Source: Rebecca billardiae RCC1528
Taxonomy: Eukaryota > Protista > Haptophyta
Reading direction: 5' to 3'
Assembly: GCA_965240325.2 (NCBI GenBank)
Contig: OZ251227.1
Location: forward strand, 2,480,001 to 2,544,000
Length of the DNA: 64,000 nucleotides
The position numbers and the translations under genes were made by a program. How positions within the stretch are numbered: position 1 is the first letter of the stretch; each line of letters opens with the position of its first letter. Shown piece by piece: positions 10,001-19,803 of this stretch. The notes beneath the pieces are model-generated. The model made no database searches. It saw nothing but the letters and a program-made list of their open reading frames with translations, and was not told where the DNA came from.

Positions 10001-13000
10001 CCGCAGCCTCGGGCAGTACGACCGCGCCATCGAGCACCATGCGCAGGCGCTGGCCATCAGCCGCGAGATCGGCGACAGGCGGGGCGAGGGCGCTCGCCTG
10101 GGCAATCTGGGCGGCGCGTACCACATCCTCGGGCAGTACGACCGCGCCATCGAGCACCTGATCCAGGGCCTGGCCATCAGCCGTGAGATCGGCGACAGGG
10201 AGGACGAGGGCACTCGCCTGTGCGACCTGGGCATCGCGTACGACAGCCTCGGGCAGTACGACCGCGCCACCGAGCATCACACGCAGGCGCTGGCCATCAG
10301 CCGCGAGATCGGCGACAGGCGGGGCGAGGGCACTGATCTGGGCAACCTGGGCAGAGCGTACCACAGCCTCGGGCAGTACGACCGCGCCATCGAGCACCAT
10401 GCGCAGGCGCTGGCCATCAGCCGCGAGATCGGCGACAGGCAGGGCGAGGGCACTTGCCTGGGCCACCTGGGCAGCGCGTACAGCAGCCTCGGGCAGTACG
10501 ACCGCGCCACCGAGCACCACACGCAGGCGCTGGCCATCAGCCGCGAGATCGGTGACAGGCAGGGCCAGGGCACTGGCCTGGGCCACCTGGGCGTCGCGTA
10601 CAGCAGCCTCTGGCAGTACGACCGCGCCATCGAGCACCACACGCAGGCGCTGGCCATCAGCCGCGAGATCGGCAACAGGCGGGGCGAGGGCGCTCGCCTG
10701 GGCAACCTGGGCGTCGCGTACGAGAGCCTCGGGCAGTACGACCGCGCCATCGAGTACCACACGCAGGCGCTGGCCATCAGCCGCGAGATCGGCGACAGGC
10801 GGGGAGAGGGCACTGGTCTGAACAGCCTGGGCGTCGCGTACCGCGACCTCGGGCAGTACGACCGCGCCATCGAGCACCTGACGCAGGCGCTGGCCATCAG
10901 CCGCGAGATCGGCGACAGGCAGGGAGAGGGCACTTGCCTGAGCCACCTGGGCGGCGCGTACCGCAGCCTCTGGCAGTACGACCGCGCCACCGAGCACCAC
11001 ACGCAGGCGCTGGCCATCAGCCGCGAGATCGGCGACAGGCAGGGCCAGGGCGCTAGCCTGGGCAACCTGGGCGTCGCGTACTGCAGCCTCGGGCAGTACG
11101 ACCGCGCCATCGAGCACTACACGCAGTCGCTGGCCATCAGCCGCGAGATCGGCGACAGGCAGGGCCAGGGCGCTTGGCTGGGCAACCTGGGCAGTGCGTA
11201 CGACAGCGTCGGGCAGTACGACCGCGCCATCGAGCACCACACGCAGGCGCTGGCCATTTGCCGCGAGATCGGCGACAGGCTGGGCGAGGGCGCTCGCCTG
11301 GGCCGCCTGGGCATCGCGTATGCAGGCCTCGAGCAGTACCAGCGCGCAGCGGAGCACTTTACAGCTGCCTTGGCTGTGCACGACACGCTGTGGATCGACC
11401 TCAGCTCTGATGGGGCGCGCGTGTCTTTTGGCGACACTGATCTGCCAGTCGGCGCCTCCGCAGGCCTGCAACGGATGCTCGTGCGTTCAGGGCGGCAGGC
11501 AGAGGCGCTCGAAGCGGCCGAGCGCGGCCGCGCTCGCTCGCTGGCGCTCCTGCTGGCGCGGCAGCACTGCGCGCGGGACCCGCGCCGCGCCGCCGCTCCG
11601 GACGCCTCGACTGCCTCGCGCGCCCTGCCGCCAGCGCTCTCGTGGCAGCAGATGCGCGCGTATGCGCTGCGCCACCGAGCCTGCCTTGTGCTCTTCTCGC
11701 AGCCGACGAGCAGCGACCGCGTGTACGCGTGGGTGCTCCGACCAGACGACAGCTCGCCGCCGCTTTTCCACGAGCTCTCGCTGGGCGAGCAGTCGGTGCT
11801 CACGCTCGTGAAGGAGACGCGTGGCGCCATCCGCCGGTGCCGCAAATACGCTTCTGACGCCTACAGCCGCATCGACGGCAGCGCAGCAGGCGTGGCCGCG
11901 GCCACGCGTGTCCGCGCCTCAGTGCGGGTTGGGGCGCAGGAGAGGGGCAAGCGCCGGCGCAGCGATGAGGAGTTGGCCGAGGCGGAGGCGGCTGCACAGC
12001 AGCAGCTGCGGCGGTGTCACGAGCTCCTGCTGCAGCCGCTGGCGCAATCGCTCACCGGGTGCGACAGGCTCATCCTGCTGCCCGACGGCGAGCTGCACGC
12101 GCTGCCGTTCGCCGCGCTGCTCGACGCCGATGGCAAGCACCTGGTCGAGCGCTATGACATGAGCGTGGCGCCGTCGGTCGGCACGCTGATTCAGCTCGAC
12201 GAGCAGCGCTCCGCCGGCCGCGTGTCCACCTCGGCCGCGGGCGTGGCCCAGCGCGCGCTGGTCGCGGGCATCGACGAGTACAGCGCGCACGCGCTGCCGT
12301 GGCGGCTGCGGAGCGACGACCTGGAACAGGCGCAGGAGGCCGTGCGCACGAAGGCCAGGTGGTGCGTCTGGGTCGAGGCGCAGGCCGTGGACGGCGGCTC
12401 CCGCGTGCACGTGCGCGAGCTCGAGCGCAGTGCGCGGAGGCAGCTCGCAGAGCAGCTCCAGGTGGGCGACGTGGTGGGCGAAGCGCTGGACGACCTCTGC
12501 GAAGCCGAGCTGGAGGCATTGCAAGTGGCGGTATATCTGGGGAACTCGAGCGCGGGGAAGGCGCGCCGGCTGGAGGTGACGAGCCTGACTGGCGCGCAGG
12601 TGACGAAGCGCGCGCTGCTGCGCGAGCTCAGGCACGCAAACCTCGTGCACCTCGCGCTGCATGGCTCGCCGACGGGCCTGCATCTGGCGGGCTCGAGCGC
12701 TGAGGAGGCGACGCTGGACATGGCGGATGTCGAGCCACTCGACCTGCGCCACGTGCGGCTTATGCTGCTGAGCGCGTGCGACACGTTCCGCGGCGAGCTG
12801 AGCTCGGAGGGCCTGATCGGCATCGCGCGCGCCTTCCTCTCCGCGGGCTGCGGCACGCTGCTCGCCTCGCTGTGGCCCGTGGACGACACGCAGACGCGCG
12901 AGCTGATGCAGGAGCTGTACCCACGCCTGGCTGCGGGCTTGGATCCTCAGCCAGAGGCGGGGGGCGATGGGCGCGTGGATGTGGCAGGCGTGCTGTGCGC

Positions 13001-13103
13001 CACGATGCGCGAGCTCGTGCACAGGAAGCGCGAGGATGGCTCGCGCGCCTTCCTCTTGCACCAGTGGGCGCCTTTCGTCGTCTTCGGCGCTCCTTCCATC
13101 TGA
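7017..13103 (+). CDS. TPR-CHAT protein (TTC28-like architecture): 36 TPR repeats plus a caspase-like CHAT domain
   Basis: 40-aa repeats EGxxLGNLGxAYxSLGQYDRAIEHxTQALAISREIGDR; CHAT motifs ERGRARSL, LPDGELHALPFAAL, HLALHG, LSACDT, LASLWPVDD, WAPFVVFG; first ATG at 7017. Confidence 0.93.
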   Translation: MADVIDLLTSELRASREGGDRRRELRCVCDLGSAYDSLGQYDRAIEHHTQALAMSREIGDRQGEGSCLGNLGSAYDSLEQYDRAIEHYTQALAISREIGDREGEGTCLGNLGSAYDSLEQYDHAIEHHTQALAMSREIGDRQGEGSCLGNLGSAYDSLEQYDRAIEHYTQALAISREIGDREGEGTCLGNLGSAYDSLEQYDHAIEHHTQALAMSREIGDRQGEGTCLGNLGSAYDSLGQYDRAIEHYTQALAISREIGDRQGEGTCLGNLGSAYDSLEQYDRAIEHYTQALAISREIGDREGEGTCLGNLGSAYDSLEQYDRAIEHHTQALAMSREIGDRQGEGTCLGNLGSAYDSLEQYDRAIEHYTQALAISREIGDRQGEGTCLGNLGSAYDSLEQYDRAIEHYTQALAISREIGDRQGEGTCLGSLGSAYHSLGQYDRAVEHHTQALAIRREIGEMQGEGADLGNLGRAYHSLGQYDRAIEHHTQALATFREIFYRQGEGACLGNLGSSYDSLGQYDRAIEHYTQALAISREIGDRRGDGACLGNLGSAYHSLGQYDRAVEHHTQALAIRREIGEMQGEGADLGNLGRAYHSLGQYDRAIEHHTQALATFREIFYRQGEGACLGNLGSSYDSLGQYDRAIEHHTQALAISREIGDRRGEGTDLGNLGTAYRSLGQYDRAIEHYTQALAISREIGDRRGEGTDLNSLGVAYRDLGQYDRAIEHLTQALAISREIGDRQGEGTCLSHLGVAYDSLEQYDRAIEHHTQALAISRQIGNRQGQGACLGNLGVAYRSLGQYDRAIEHLTQALAISREIGDREGEGACLGHLGSAYHRLGQYDRAIEHYTQALAISREIGDRRGEGADLGSLGIAYRSLGQYDRAIEHHTQALAISSEIGDRRGEGTCLGNLGGAYHILGQYDRAIEHLIQGLAISREIGDRQGEGTRLCDLGIAYDSLGQYDRATEHHTQALAISREIGDRRGEGTDLGNLGRAYRSLGQYDRAIEHHAQALAISREIGDRRGEGARLGNLGGAYHILGQYDRAIEHLIQGLAISREIGDREDEGTRLCDLGIAYDSLGQYDRATEHHTQALAISREIGDRRGEGTDLGNLGRAYHSLGQYDRAIEHHAQALAISREIGDRQGEGTCLGHLGSAYSSLGQYDRATEHHTQALAISREIGDRQGQGTGLGHLGVAYSSLWQYDRAIEHHTQALAISREIGNRRGEGARLGNLGVAYESLGQYDRAIEYHTQALAISREIGDRRGEGTGLNSLGVAYRDLGQYDRAIEHLTQALAISREIGDRQGEGTCLSHLGGAYRSLWQYDRATEHHTQALAISREIGDRQGQGASLGNLGVAYCSLGQYDRAIEHYTQSLAISREIGDRQGQGAWLGNLGSAYDSVGQYDRAIEHHTQALAICREIGDRLGEGARLGRLGIAYAGLEQYQRAAEHFTAALAVHDTLWIDLSSDGARVSFGDTDLPVGASAGLQRMLVRSGRQAEALEAAERGRARSLALLLARQHCARDPRRAAAPDASTASRALPPALSWQQMRAYALRHRACLVLFSQPTSSDRVYAWVLRPDDSSPPLFHELSLGEQSVLTLVKETRGAIRRCRKYASDAYSRIDGSAAGVAAATRVRASVRVGAQERGKRRRSDEELAEAEAAAQQQLRRCHELLLQPLAQSLTGCDRLILLPDGELHALPFAALLDADGKHLVERYDMSVAPSVGTLIQLDEQRSAGRVSTSAAGVAQRALVAGIDEYSAHALPWRLRSDDLEQAQEAVRTKARWCVWVEAQAVDGGSRVHVRELERSARRQLAEQLQVGDVVGEALDDLCEAELEALQVAVYLGNSSAGKARRLEVTSLTGAQVTKRALLRELRHANLVHLALHGSPTGLHLAGSSAEEATLDMADVEPLDLRHVRLMLLSACDTFRGELSSEGLIGIARAFLSAGCGTLLASLWPVDDTQTRELMQELYPRLAAGLDPQPEAGGDGRVDVAGVLCATMRELVHRKREDGSRAFLLHQWAPFVVFGAPSI
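7081..11400 (+). repeat. Coding tandem array, 36 units of 120 bp
   Basis: Exact 120-bp periodicity with no indels; each unit encodes one TPR. Confidence 0.97.
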
Positions 13104-13987
13104 CGCGCGAGGCGCGCAGCTGCTACTGCTGCTGTTTCGCGCGGCTAAATGTGCGCGCAGCAGGCTTCAGCAGAGGCGTGCGGCGGTGGCGGCGATGGTG
13201 ACTCTGACAGGACCGTTGCCACGCGGCCTGTTCTGCAGTTCTGACTGTCGTCTGCCAGTAGCTTAGTAGTCAGTCCGAGGTCATACGTTCATCAGCACTG
13301 ATAGCTGCTGTACAGCATATATACACATTATGAGCGCGCAGCCATCACTATATCCGAGTCTCGTCCGATTCATCTGCAATCTGCGTTATACCAAGGCTAC
13401 GCGGCGCGACGACTGATGACGACGAGTGAGTCACAACGAGAACGACTCCGGCCGCGACGACGGCCGCGGCCGGCGCGGCGGCTGGGCGGGCCCGCGCCCG
13501 CGGCAGGGCCGGGGTGGCGGGCGCTGATGCGGCGGCCCGCGATGCGGCCTGCGGGCCGCCCGCCCGCCGCCCGGCGGGCCGGGTCTGCTACGGATGGCCT
13601 CCCCTCCCGGCGCGGCCGCGGTGCGGCGGCGATGTGACTACTTCGTCAGCAGACTTGTGAACCGGCGGGCCCGCGTCCCGCGGACTCATCAGGCGGCGGA
13701 GCGCTTATGACGACAATGGCCCCCATCCACAGAAATTGTCCGTCAGCCATCATCTGCCGTGGTCCGATGGCTCTCAGTGTCAGTCTCTGCGACCGCCAAG
13801 GGCGAGGCGTGCCAGCAAGCCGTGACGGCAGGACGACGGCTCGGAGGGGGTTGGCGGTGGGGGGTCATCGTCACAGACGCGCTCGCCCGCAGCGGATCCG
13901 TCTTCCACGAGCAGTGCCGGGCTGCTCGCGCGAGCAGCGCTGGGGCTGCAGCCGCCGTAGCTGTTCGGGCGCCAGATGCCAACAGCC

Positions 13988-14716
13988 CTACGCGCTGTCG
14001 GCGATCGACGGCTGCAGCCGCTTCCATCGGCCGTGCATGCCGCTGTGCGCGCAGGCGGTGGCGAGGATGAACCAGCCGACGAACGCGGCATTGATGTAGC
14101 ACGCCACGCGGAAGACGTAGAACACCGTCTGCCACCCGCCGATCGCGCCCGCGATCGCGTACGCCGCGACCGTCGGTCCAAACGTCTGCAGCACGCCCCA
14201 CGCCGTGGTGAACCGGCCAGTCAGGAAGAAGGCGGCGCACAGGGTGACGACGTTCCAGCGGCGATAGAGCGGGGCGCGCTGGTCGCCCTGCCCGTACTGA
14301 AGGTCGTTCAAAAAGTGCGCGAGCAGGCTGTGGCAGTTCCACAGGATGAAGTTGTACGCGGGGCCGCGCGCGCTGTTGAAGATCTCGACGGCCGCATGCA
14401 GCTTCTCGTCCCACTCCTCCGCGCTGACGGGGTCGAACTGGATGTAGCGCACGGGCCAGCCGAAGGCCATGTGGTCGCGGTTGATGATGCCGACCCAATC
14501 AAACACCACGCCCTCCGATGAGCACACGCCAACGTGCCCGATGTACGGGCAGAGCGCGGTGATCGGCGGGATCGGCGTCCACACGATGCACGCGGGGTAG
14601 CGGTGCCGCGCATGCGAGACTCGCGGCATCCGAAGGCGTGAGCCGTCTCCGCCGACACCCGTCGACGCAGGCGAGTCCGTGCTTGGCGCGAGCGGCGCCG
14701 GCGACCAGGTGTCCAT
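13988..14716 (-). CDS. TMEM222: TMEM222/RTE1-like (DUF778) protein
   Basis: RYPACIVWTPIP..IGHVGVC..G..D, MAFGWP.RY, YN...NCHS, WNVV motifs; start uncertain (ATG at 14716 used). Confidence 0.85.
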   Translation of the reverse strand: MDTWSPAPLAPSTDSPASTGVGGDGSRLRMPRVSHARHRYPACIVWTPIPPITALCPYIGHVGVCSSEGVVFDWVGIINRDHMAFGWPVRYIQFDPVSAEEWDEKLHAAVEIFNSARGPAYNFILWNCHSLLAHFLNDLQYGQGDQRAPLYRRWNVVTLCAAFFLTGRFTTAWGVLQTFGPTVAAYAIAGAIGGWQTVFYVFRVACYINAAFVGWFILATACAHSGMHGRWKRLQPSIADSA

Positions 14717-14924
14717 GCGTGGCCGGGGGGGGGGGGGCGCCGACGGGCGAGCCGTGGTGTCTTGCGATGTGACAATGGCGGCCAAAGTTTCGTCCGGGAC
14801 TCAGACGATAGTATTTCCGCCATCATTGTCATCAAGCCGGCACTCGCGCAACCTCGAGCGCGACTTGGGCTGCCACGATCGCGCGCGAGCTGCCGTCGGA
14901 GGCGGCTAGCGGGCGGGCGTGGGC

Positions 14925-15698
14925 ATGATCCTGGGCCGGCGGACACTTGCGTGGATCCGGCTCATCCGCCGGCAGGTGGTCGCCGGGCTTGGCGAAGCCC
15001 CGCACCACCACCACGACGGCTCAGCGCTCGACGACTTTGTTGGCCGGCTGTGGTCGTACGCCAAGTTTGGGGGCATGCTCGTGTGCTGCCAGACGTACCT
15101 GCTGGACATCACGATGTGCATCGGCCCATCGATGATTCCGACGTTCAACGCGGTGGGCGACATCGTGCTCTGCGACAAGCTCAGCCCGCGGCTCCGGCTG
15201 CTCAAGCGGGGTGACGTGGTGGTGTGCAAATCGCCCACCAACAGCGGGCAGACGGTCTGCAAGCGGATAATCGGGATGCCGGGCGACGCGCTGGACGGGA
15301 AGCACAGGCAGCACTCGTGGCTCGACCAGCGCGTCGTCCCGGCGGGGCATGTCTGGCTCGAAGGCGACAACCGGCTCAACTCGATGGACTCGCGGAACTA
15401 CGGGCCGATTCCGTTCGCGCTCGTGCAGAGCCGCGTCCTGCTCAAACTGTGGCCGCTGCATCAGGCGGGCCTGGTGACCGCGCGGAGCGAGGGGCCACGG
15501 ATGCTGCGCTACAGCGACAGCGTCCGCGCCCCCTTCAAGGCGCTGGCGGGCTTCGTCACGCCGCGGCCAACACCCCGCACAGACCGAACCACCTCGAGGG
15601 TAACGGCGAGCATGCAGCGGCACACGGACGCGGATGACCCGTCGCCTCCGGGCGGCGCGTCGCCAGAAGGCGGCGCCGCCGGGCAGCGCGGGTTATAG
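14925..15698 (+). CDS. IMP1: Mitochondrial inner membrane protease subunit 1 (peptidase S26)
   Basis: GPSMIPT (Ser), CKRIIG (Lys), GHVWLEGDN..NS.DSRNYGP. Confidence 0.9.
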   Translation: MILGRRTLAWIRLIRRQVVAGLGEAPHHHHDGSALDDFVGRLWSYAKFGGMLVCCQTYLLDITMCIGPSMIPTFNAVGDIVLCDKLSPRLRLLKRGDVVVCKSPTNSGQTVCKRIIGMPGDALDGKHRQHSWLDQRVVPAGHVWLEGDNRLNSMDSRNYGPIPFALVQSRVLLKLWPLHQAGLVTARSEGPRMLRYSDSVRAPFKALAGFVTPRPTPRTDRTTSRVTASMQRHTDADDPSPPGGASPEGGAAGQRGL

Positions 15699-16324
15699 CG
15701 CGGTGGCTACGTGCTCCGCCCCGTGCAGTTCAAAGCTCGACATTCGTTCCGCAGCTGAACCCGGCCAGGTGTCCGCTTGTGGGCGGGCCGCCCGTTGGCT
15801 GCAGCTCAGCCATCGGAACTTGCCCGGCTACATTGGCGACTCCTCACTCCTCAATGCTGTCGTCTCTCCTGGCGGACAACGTGAACGGCCAACGCGGCGA
15901 CGGGCCCTCGGTAACACAGACTACTCCTACTGTACGACACGCCGACGTATCGGACAGCACTGGCTACGCTACAGTTCGACTAGCAGCTAACTCACGGTAC
16001 GTTGATACGGCTAGCGGCCCCGTAGCTGAGCGAGACGCGAACTCGTGCGATGGCGCAGCCGAGCGGGCGCGGCCGAGCCCCCGCCTGACGGTCTGCGGCT
16101 GACGAGTGACTCGTCAGCCGAGTGACGACAATAATATGCTATATATATCCCCTACTTAGCGCAGGTTATTGATGCGCTTCTATCCGAAGTTAATAATAAG
16201 CAGCAGATATGGGTAGTGCGCGGCCCCCGGCCCCGCGCCCGCCCAGTCGCGGGTACCCGCGCGCTGCAGGCGTCGACCATAGCTGGCAGCCGGCAGCTGC
16301 CAGTAGCCTACTGATCCGCGTCGA

Positions 16325-18277
16325 TCAGCCGCCGGCACATCCATGGTGGCATAGCACAGGCGAGGACGATGCCGCCGTCGACGCGGCACGGTCGCAGCGA
16401 AGCTGACCGCCCGCGCGCGCACTCGCGCCGGCGCGCAGCAGCTCAGCCAAGCGCTCGAGCGCTGCTGCTGATCTGTCTGTACGCGACGCGTGCACCGCAA
16501 AGGCAATGTCGTCGAGCCTGCGCTCGGCTGTGGTCACATTCATGCGCTCTGGCTTCAGCGCGGCGGTGGCGTTGCCCAGCTCTCCAAGCGCGCGGCACGC
16601 CGCCAGCTCGTGCGCCCGCACCTGCGCCCAGTGCACCTTCTGCCACCTGCCGGCGTTTTCGCGGCTGAAGGGCGAGCGCACGTGGGCGACGCGTGCCGCG
16701 AGGGGCAGGACGAGCGTGGCGGGCGCGCGCCAGCGCTGCTGCAGCTCGGCGACGTCCGTCGCGAGCTGCCACTGCTCCGACGGGGGCTGCGCGCACAAAG
16801 CCATCGGCTGCGCCCGCGCCGGCTCGAGGACGAGGAAGAGCCGGCCTGCGTCTGCGCACGCCGTCGCGTCCAGCGCGCCCGACCAGTCGCTCACGTTGAG
16901 CTCCCGCGCGAACAAGTGGGGCGTGCGCGCCAGGACGAGCTCGGCGGCAGCGGGGAGCACCGCGGCCTCGTATCCGAGGGCTCGGAGTGCCGGCAGCACC
17001 AGCGGCAGCGCCTCCATCAGCGTCCCGAACGCGAGCTGGTCCGCCCTCGCCGCGCGGCCGCCCTGGGTGCCGCCGCTGCGCACGCGTTCCGGCGGGCGCG
17101 TGAGCACGGCTGGCGGCACGAACTTGTCGGCGAAGCCGTTCCAAAAGTCGGGGGCGATGCCGAAGCCGTTGCGCATCGCGAGCGCGCTCGTCAGCGCCGA
17201 TGCGGGCGAGCGCCGCGCCGCGAGCGCGCGCATCGAGTACAGCTGCAGCGCCTCGACGTCGATGCCGCCCGCCTCATACACGCCCGCACCAAAGAGCGCC
17301 GGCGCGTGCCGCGTGTCAAACAGCAGGTGGAGCTCGTTGGCGCGCACGATGGCGGCGCCGTGCACACGGCACTCGGCGCAGGCGAGCGCGCGCGGCGAGT
17401 ACATGCACTCGACCCCGTGCGCGCGCAGCCGCCCCACGAATCCACCCAGCATCGACGCGTTGTACAGCAGGGCGTGGTCCTCTGCAAAAGTGGACACGTC
17501 CGACACCCACGGGGCGGACGAGGGGAGCCCGGCCGGGCGGGTGCCGCGCTTGATGGGCCGGTTGGAGCGGGGCGGGACCTCGACGCCGTGGGTCTCGGCG
17601 CCTTCGAGGGTCTTCCGGTTCGACGGGAGCATGCTGTTCACGATGTACGTGTTCACGGCGAGCAGCGGCGCGTGACTCGCCGCCTTCAGACCGCCGCCTG
17701 TCTGCGAGCACCTGTTCCGATCCGCGTGCGAGCCGGTTTGTGACGCGCGGTGCGCGGTGTCGGCGAGCAGGGTGTGCAGCATGCGCTCGATAATGGTCTG
17801 CATCGGCAAGTGCCACGCATGCCAGACGGGGAGCGGGTGCAAGTCGCAGTCCATCGACGCGAGCGCGGGCACGTCAGGCCACAGCCGCAGCGCGATTGCC
17901 TGTGCGAGAACGTTACCCGAGATCCGATCGAGCTCCACGAGCGTCGCGCCGCGCGTGGGCGCGGAGGAAAGCACCTCGCGCGCGTGCAGGACGCGCGCGA
18001 GCTCGTGCCCGAACACGTACGCGGTCTCCCAGCGCGGGTCCAGGAACCGGCCGAGCGAGTGGCAGCCGAGCACCAGCTCTCTGTGCTGCACAACAACTGC
18101 GAGTGGCAGCGGCGCCGGCAGCCGGCTCGGCTCGGCCGCCGCGTGATGGGTGAGCCCGACAACGCCCAGGTCGGCCAGATCGGCCACGGCGCGCACGCCC
18201 AGTCCCTGCGCCGTCGAGATGACGCTCGCCATCGTCATCAGGCGCGCAGCATTGGCGCGCCTGGTGACGACAGCCAT
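16325..18277 (-). CDS. Hypothetical protein, possibly glycosyltransferase-like
   Basis: 650-aa ORF with globular-looking composition; DxD (MDCD) and LYNASMLGG are only suggestive. Confidence 0.55.
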   Translation of the reverse strand: MAVVTRRANAARLMTMASVISTAQGLGVRAVADLADLGVVGLTHHAAAEPSRLPAPLPLAVVVQHRELVLGCHSLGRFLDPRWETAYVFGHELARVLHAREVLSSAPTRGATLVELDRISGNVLAQAIALRLWPDVPALASMDCDLHPLPVWHAWHLPMQTIIERMLHTLLADTAHRASQTGSHADRNRCSQTGGGLKAASHAPLLAVNTYIVNSMLPSNRKTLEGAETHGVEVPPRSNRPIKRGTRPAGLPSSAPWVSDVSTFAEDHALLYNASMLGGFVGRLRAHGVECMYSPRALACAECRVHGAAIVRANELHLLFDTRHAPALFGAGVYEAGGIDVEALQLYSMRALAARRSPASALTSALAMRNGFGIAPDFWNGFADKFVPPAVLTRPPERVRSGGTQGGRAARADQLAFGTLMEALPLVLPALRALGYEAAVLPAAAELVLARTPHLFARELNVSDWSGALDATACADAGRLFLVLEPARAQPMALCAQPPSEQWQLATDVAELQQRWRAPATLVLPLAARVAHVRSPFSRENAGRWQKVHWAQVRAHELAACRALGELGNATAALKPERMNVTTAERRLDDIAFAVHASRTDRSAAALERLAELLRAGASARAGGQLRCDRAASTAASSSPVLCHHGCAGG

Positions 18278-18750
18278 TGCAGCAACGGGACCGCCCGTTT
18301 TTCGACTCTATGGATACAATACAGTTTCAGGTCGCGGGCGGTTGACTACGTAAATTAGATGGGGGGACTTCCCGCGAGTAGAATGACACAGTATGGGGGT
18401 ACGTACCGGTCGAATAAATGTCGATAGATTCGAATGAGTCACAGCCTGCTCCGGGCTCCGGCACTTGGCGGCAGTGCCGTCACAGCGGCTCACTACCCGC
18501 AGCGTAGGCCTAGCTAGGGCTAGTAACCCGACGGTGTTGCGCCGTCTCTGTACCGTAGTTATACGCCCAGTACGCGTCGTTCCACCATCCCGTATTCCGT
18601 CTTTATTTAGTCCGCGACGCGCCGGCGCGTCCCATGGCTGATCAATTGATCATCCCGCCGGAGCCTCCAGAGCCTCGTCGGCACGCCACCGGCCGGTCCA
18701 TCACGGCTCGAAGCTCATGTCGCAGGTGAGCTGTAGCCTGTAGCCCGGCG

Positions 18751-19803
18751 TCACCGCCGCCCCCCGGCGGCAGACGAGTTGCGCTCCTTCTCGAGCACGT
18801 GCACGGCGTGGAGCATCTTGGCGATGCCCCCATCCTGATCCCCCACGGCTTCATCTCGCGGGCCCTCGGCGTCGTCGTTGAGCGCCGGCTCTCGGGTCGA
18901 GAGCTGTTGCTGCAGGTGGCGCAGGGTGAGCGCCGCGTCGTGCAGCCTGCCGGCTTGCACGTACACGCACGCGAGCACCCTGCACGTGCGCGCCAGCTCT
19001 GCCGCGTCGCCGGCTGCATCCGCCTGCTGCGCGTCGCGCGCCGTGAGCAGCTGCGCGATGGCCTCCGCCTCCTTGCGCCGCTGCATGAGCGCGAAGGCCA
19101 GGTCGACGCGCGCGAGTGACGTACGCGCGTGCCGCTCGCCGCACGACCGGCCCAACGCGCCGACGGCCTTGCGGTACGCGTCGACAGCAGCGCCCTTGTC
19201 GCCGGCGCGTAGGTGCGCCTCGCCGAGGGCACAGAGGATGTCGCCCAGGTCGGCAGTCGGGGGTCCGAGCACGCAGCGCGCGAGGGCCTGCGCGCGGAGG
19301 AGGTGGTGCTTCGCCTGTCGGAGCCGGCCGCCCTCGAGGTACACGAGCCCGAGGTTGAAGTGCGCGCTCGTCGCCCCGGGGAAATCCTTCCCAAACGCTT
19401 CCGTCAGAACCTCCGCCGCGTGGTGGTAGCTCTCTTCCGCGAGCTCGAGCTGATGCCGGCGCGCGTTCGTGGCGCCGAGCGCGAGGTGGATGGCGCCGAG
19501 TAGCTGCGGGTCGGCAGGCACAAGCCGGTTGTGCGCCTCCAGCGCCTCGCTGAGCGCCTCGGCCGCTTTGTCCGCGTCTCCCGACTCGACGTGCGTGAGC
19601 CCGAGCTGATGCATCGCGGCGATATGTTCGCGCGAGCCATCGCCATAGGCCGTGCGGCAGTGCTCGACGAGGCGAGACAGGCTTTGCGCACTCTCGCGGT
19701 ATCGCCCGGCACACCGATGGCGCCAGCCAAGCTCCAGCAAGTCCATGCGGCCATCCGGCTGCGGCGGCGAAATGACCGCAGCGCTGCTGGGCAGCGGCGC
19801 CAT
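18751..19803 (-). CDS. TPR protein (kinesin-light-chain-type ~42-aa TPRs)
   Basis: AMHQLGLTHVESG..AAEAL, AHFNLGLVYLEGG..A, LGEAHLRAGD..A..AYRKA. Confidence 0.8.
   Translation of the reverse strand: MAPLPSSAAVISPPQPDGRMDLLELGWRHRCAGRYRESAQSLSRLVEHCRTAYGDGSREHIAAMHQLGLTHVESGDADKAAEALSEALEAHNRLVPADPQLLGAIHLALGATNARRHQLELAEESYHHAAEVLTEAFGKDFPGATSAHFNLGLVYLEGGRLRQAKHHLLRAQALARCVLGPPTADLGDILCALGEAHLRAGDKGAAVDAYRKAVGALGRSCGERHARTSLARVDLAFALMQRRKEAEAIAQLLTARDAQQADAAGDAAELARTCRVLACVYVQAGRLHDAALTLRHLQQQLSTREPALNDDAEGPRDEAVGDQDGGIAKMLHAVHVLEKERNSSAAGGRR

Noticed and set aside
7081-11400. Regular repeat array as a CRISPR or DGR-like locus
   Set aside because: Units are contiguous in-frame TPR codons with no unique spacers, there is no cas or reverse transcriptase gene, and variation is not adenine-specific
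6942-11471. 1509-aa antisense ORF
   Set aside because: Shadow of the GC-rich repeat frame; stop-free only because the unit is repeated
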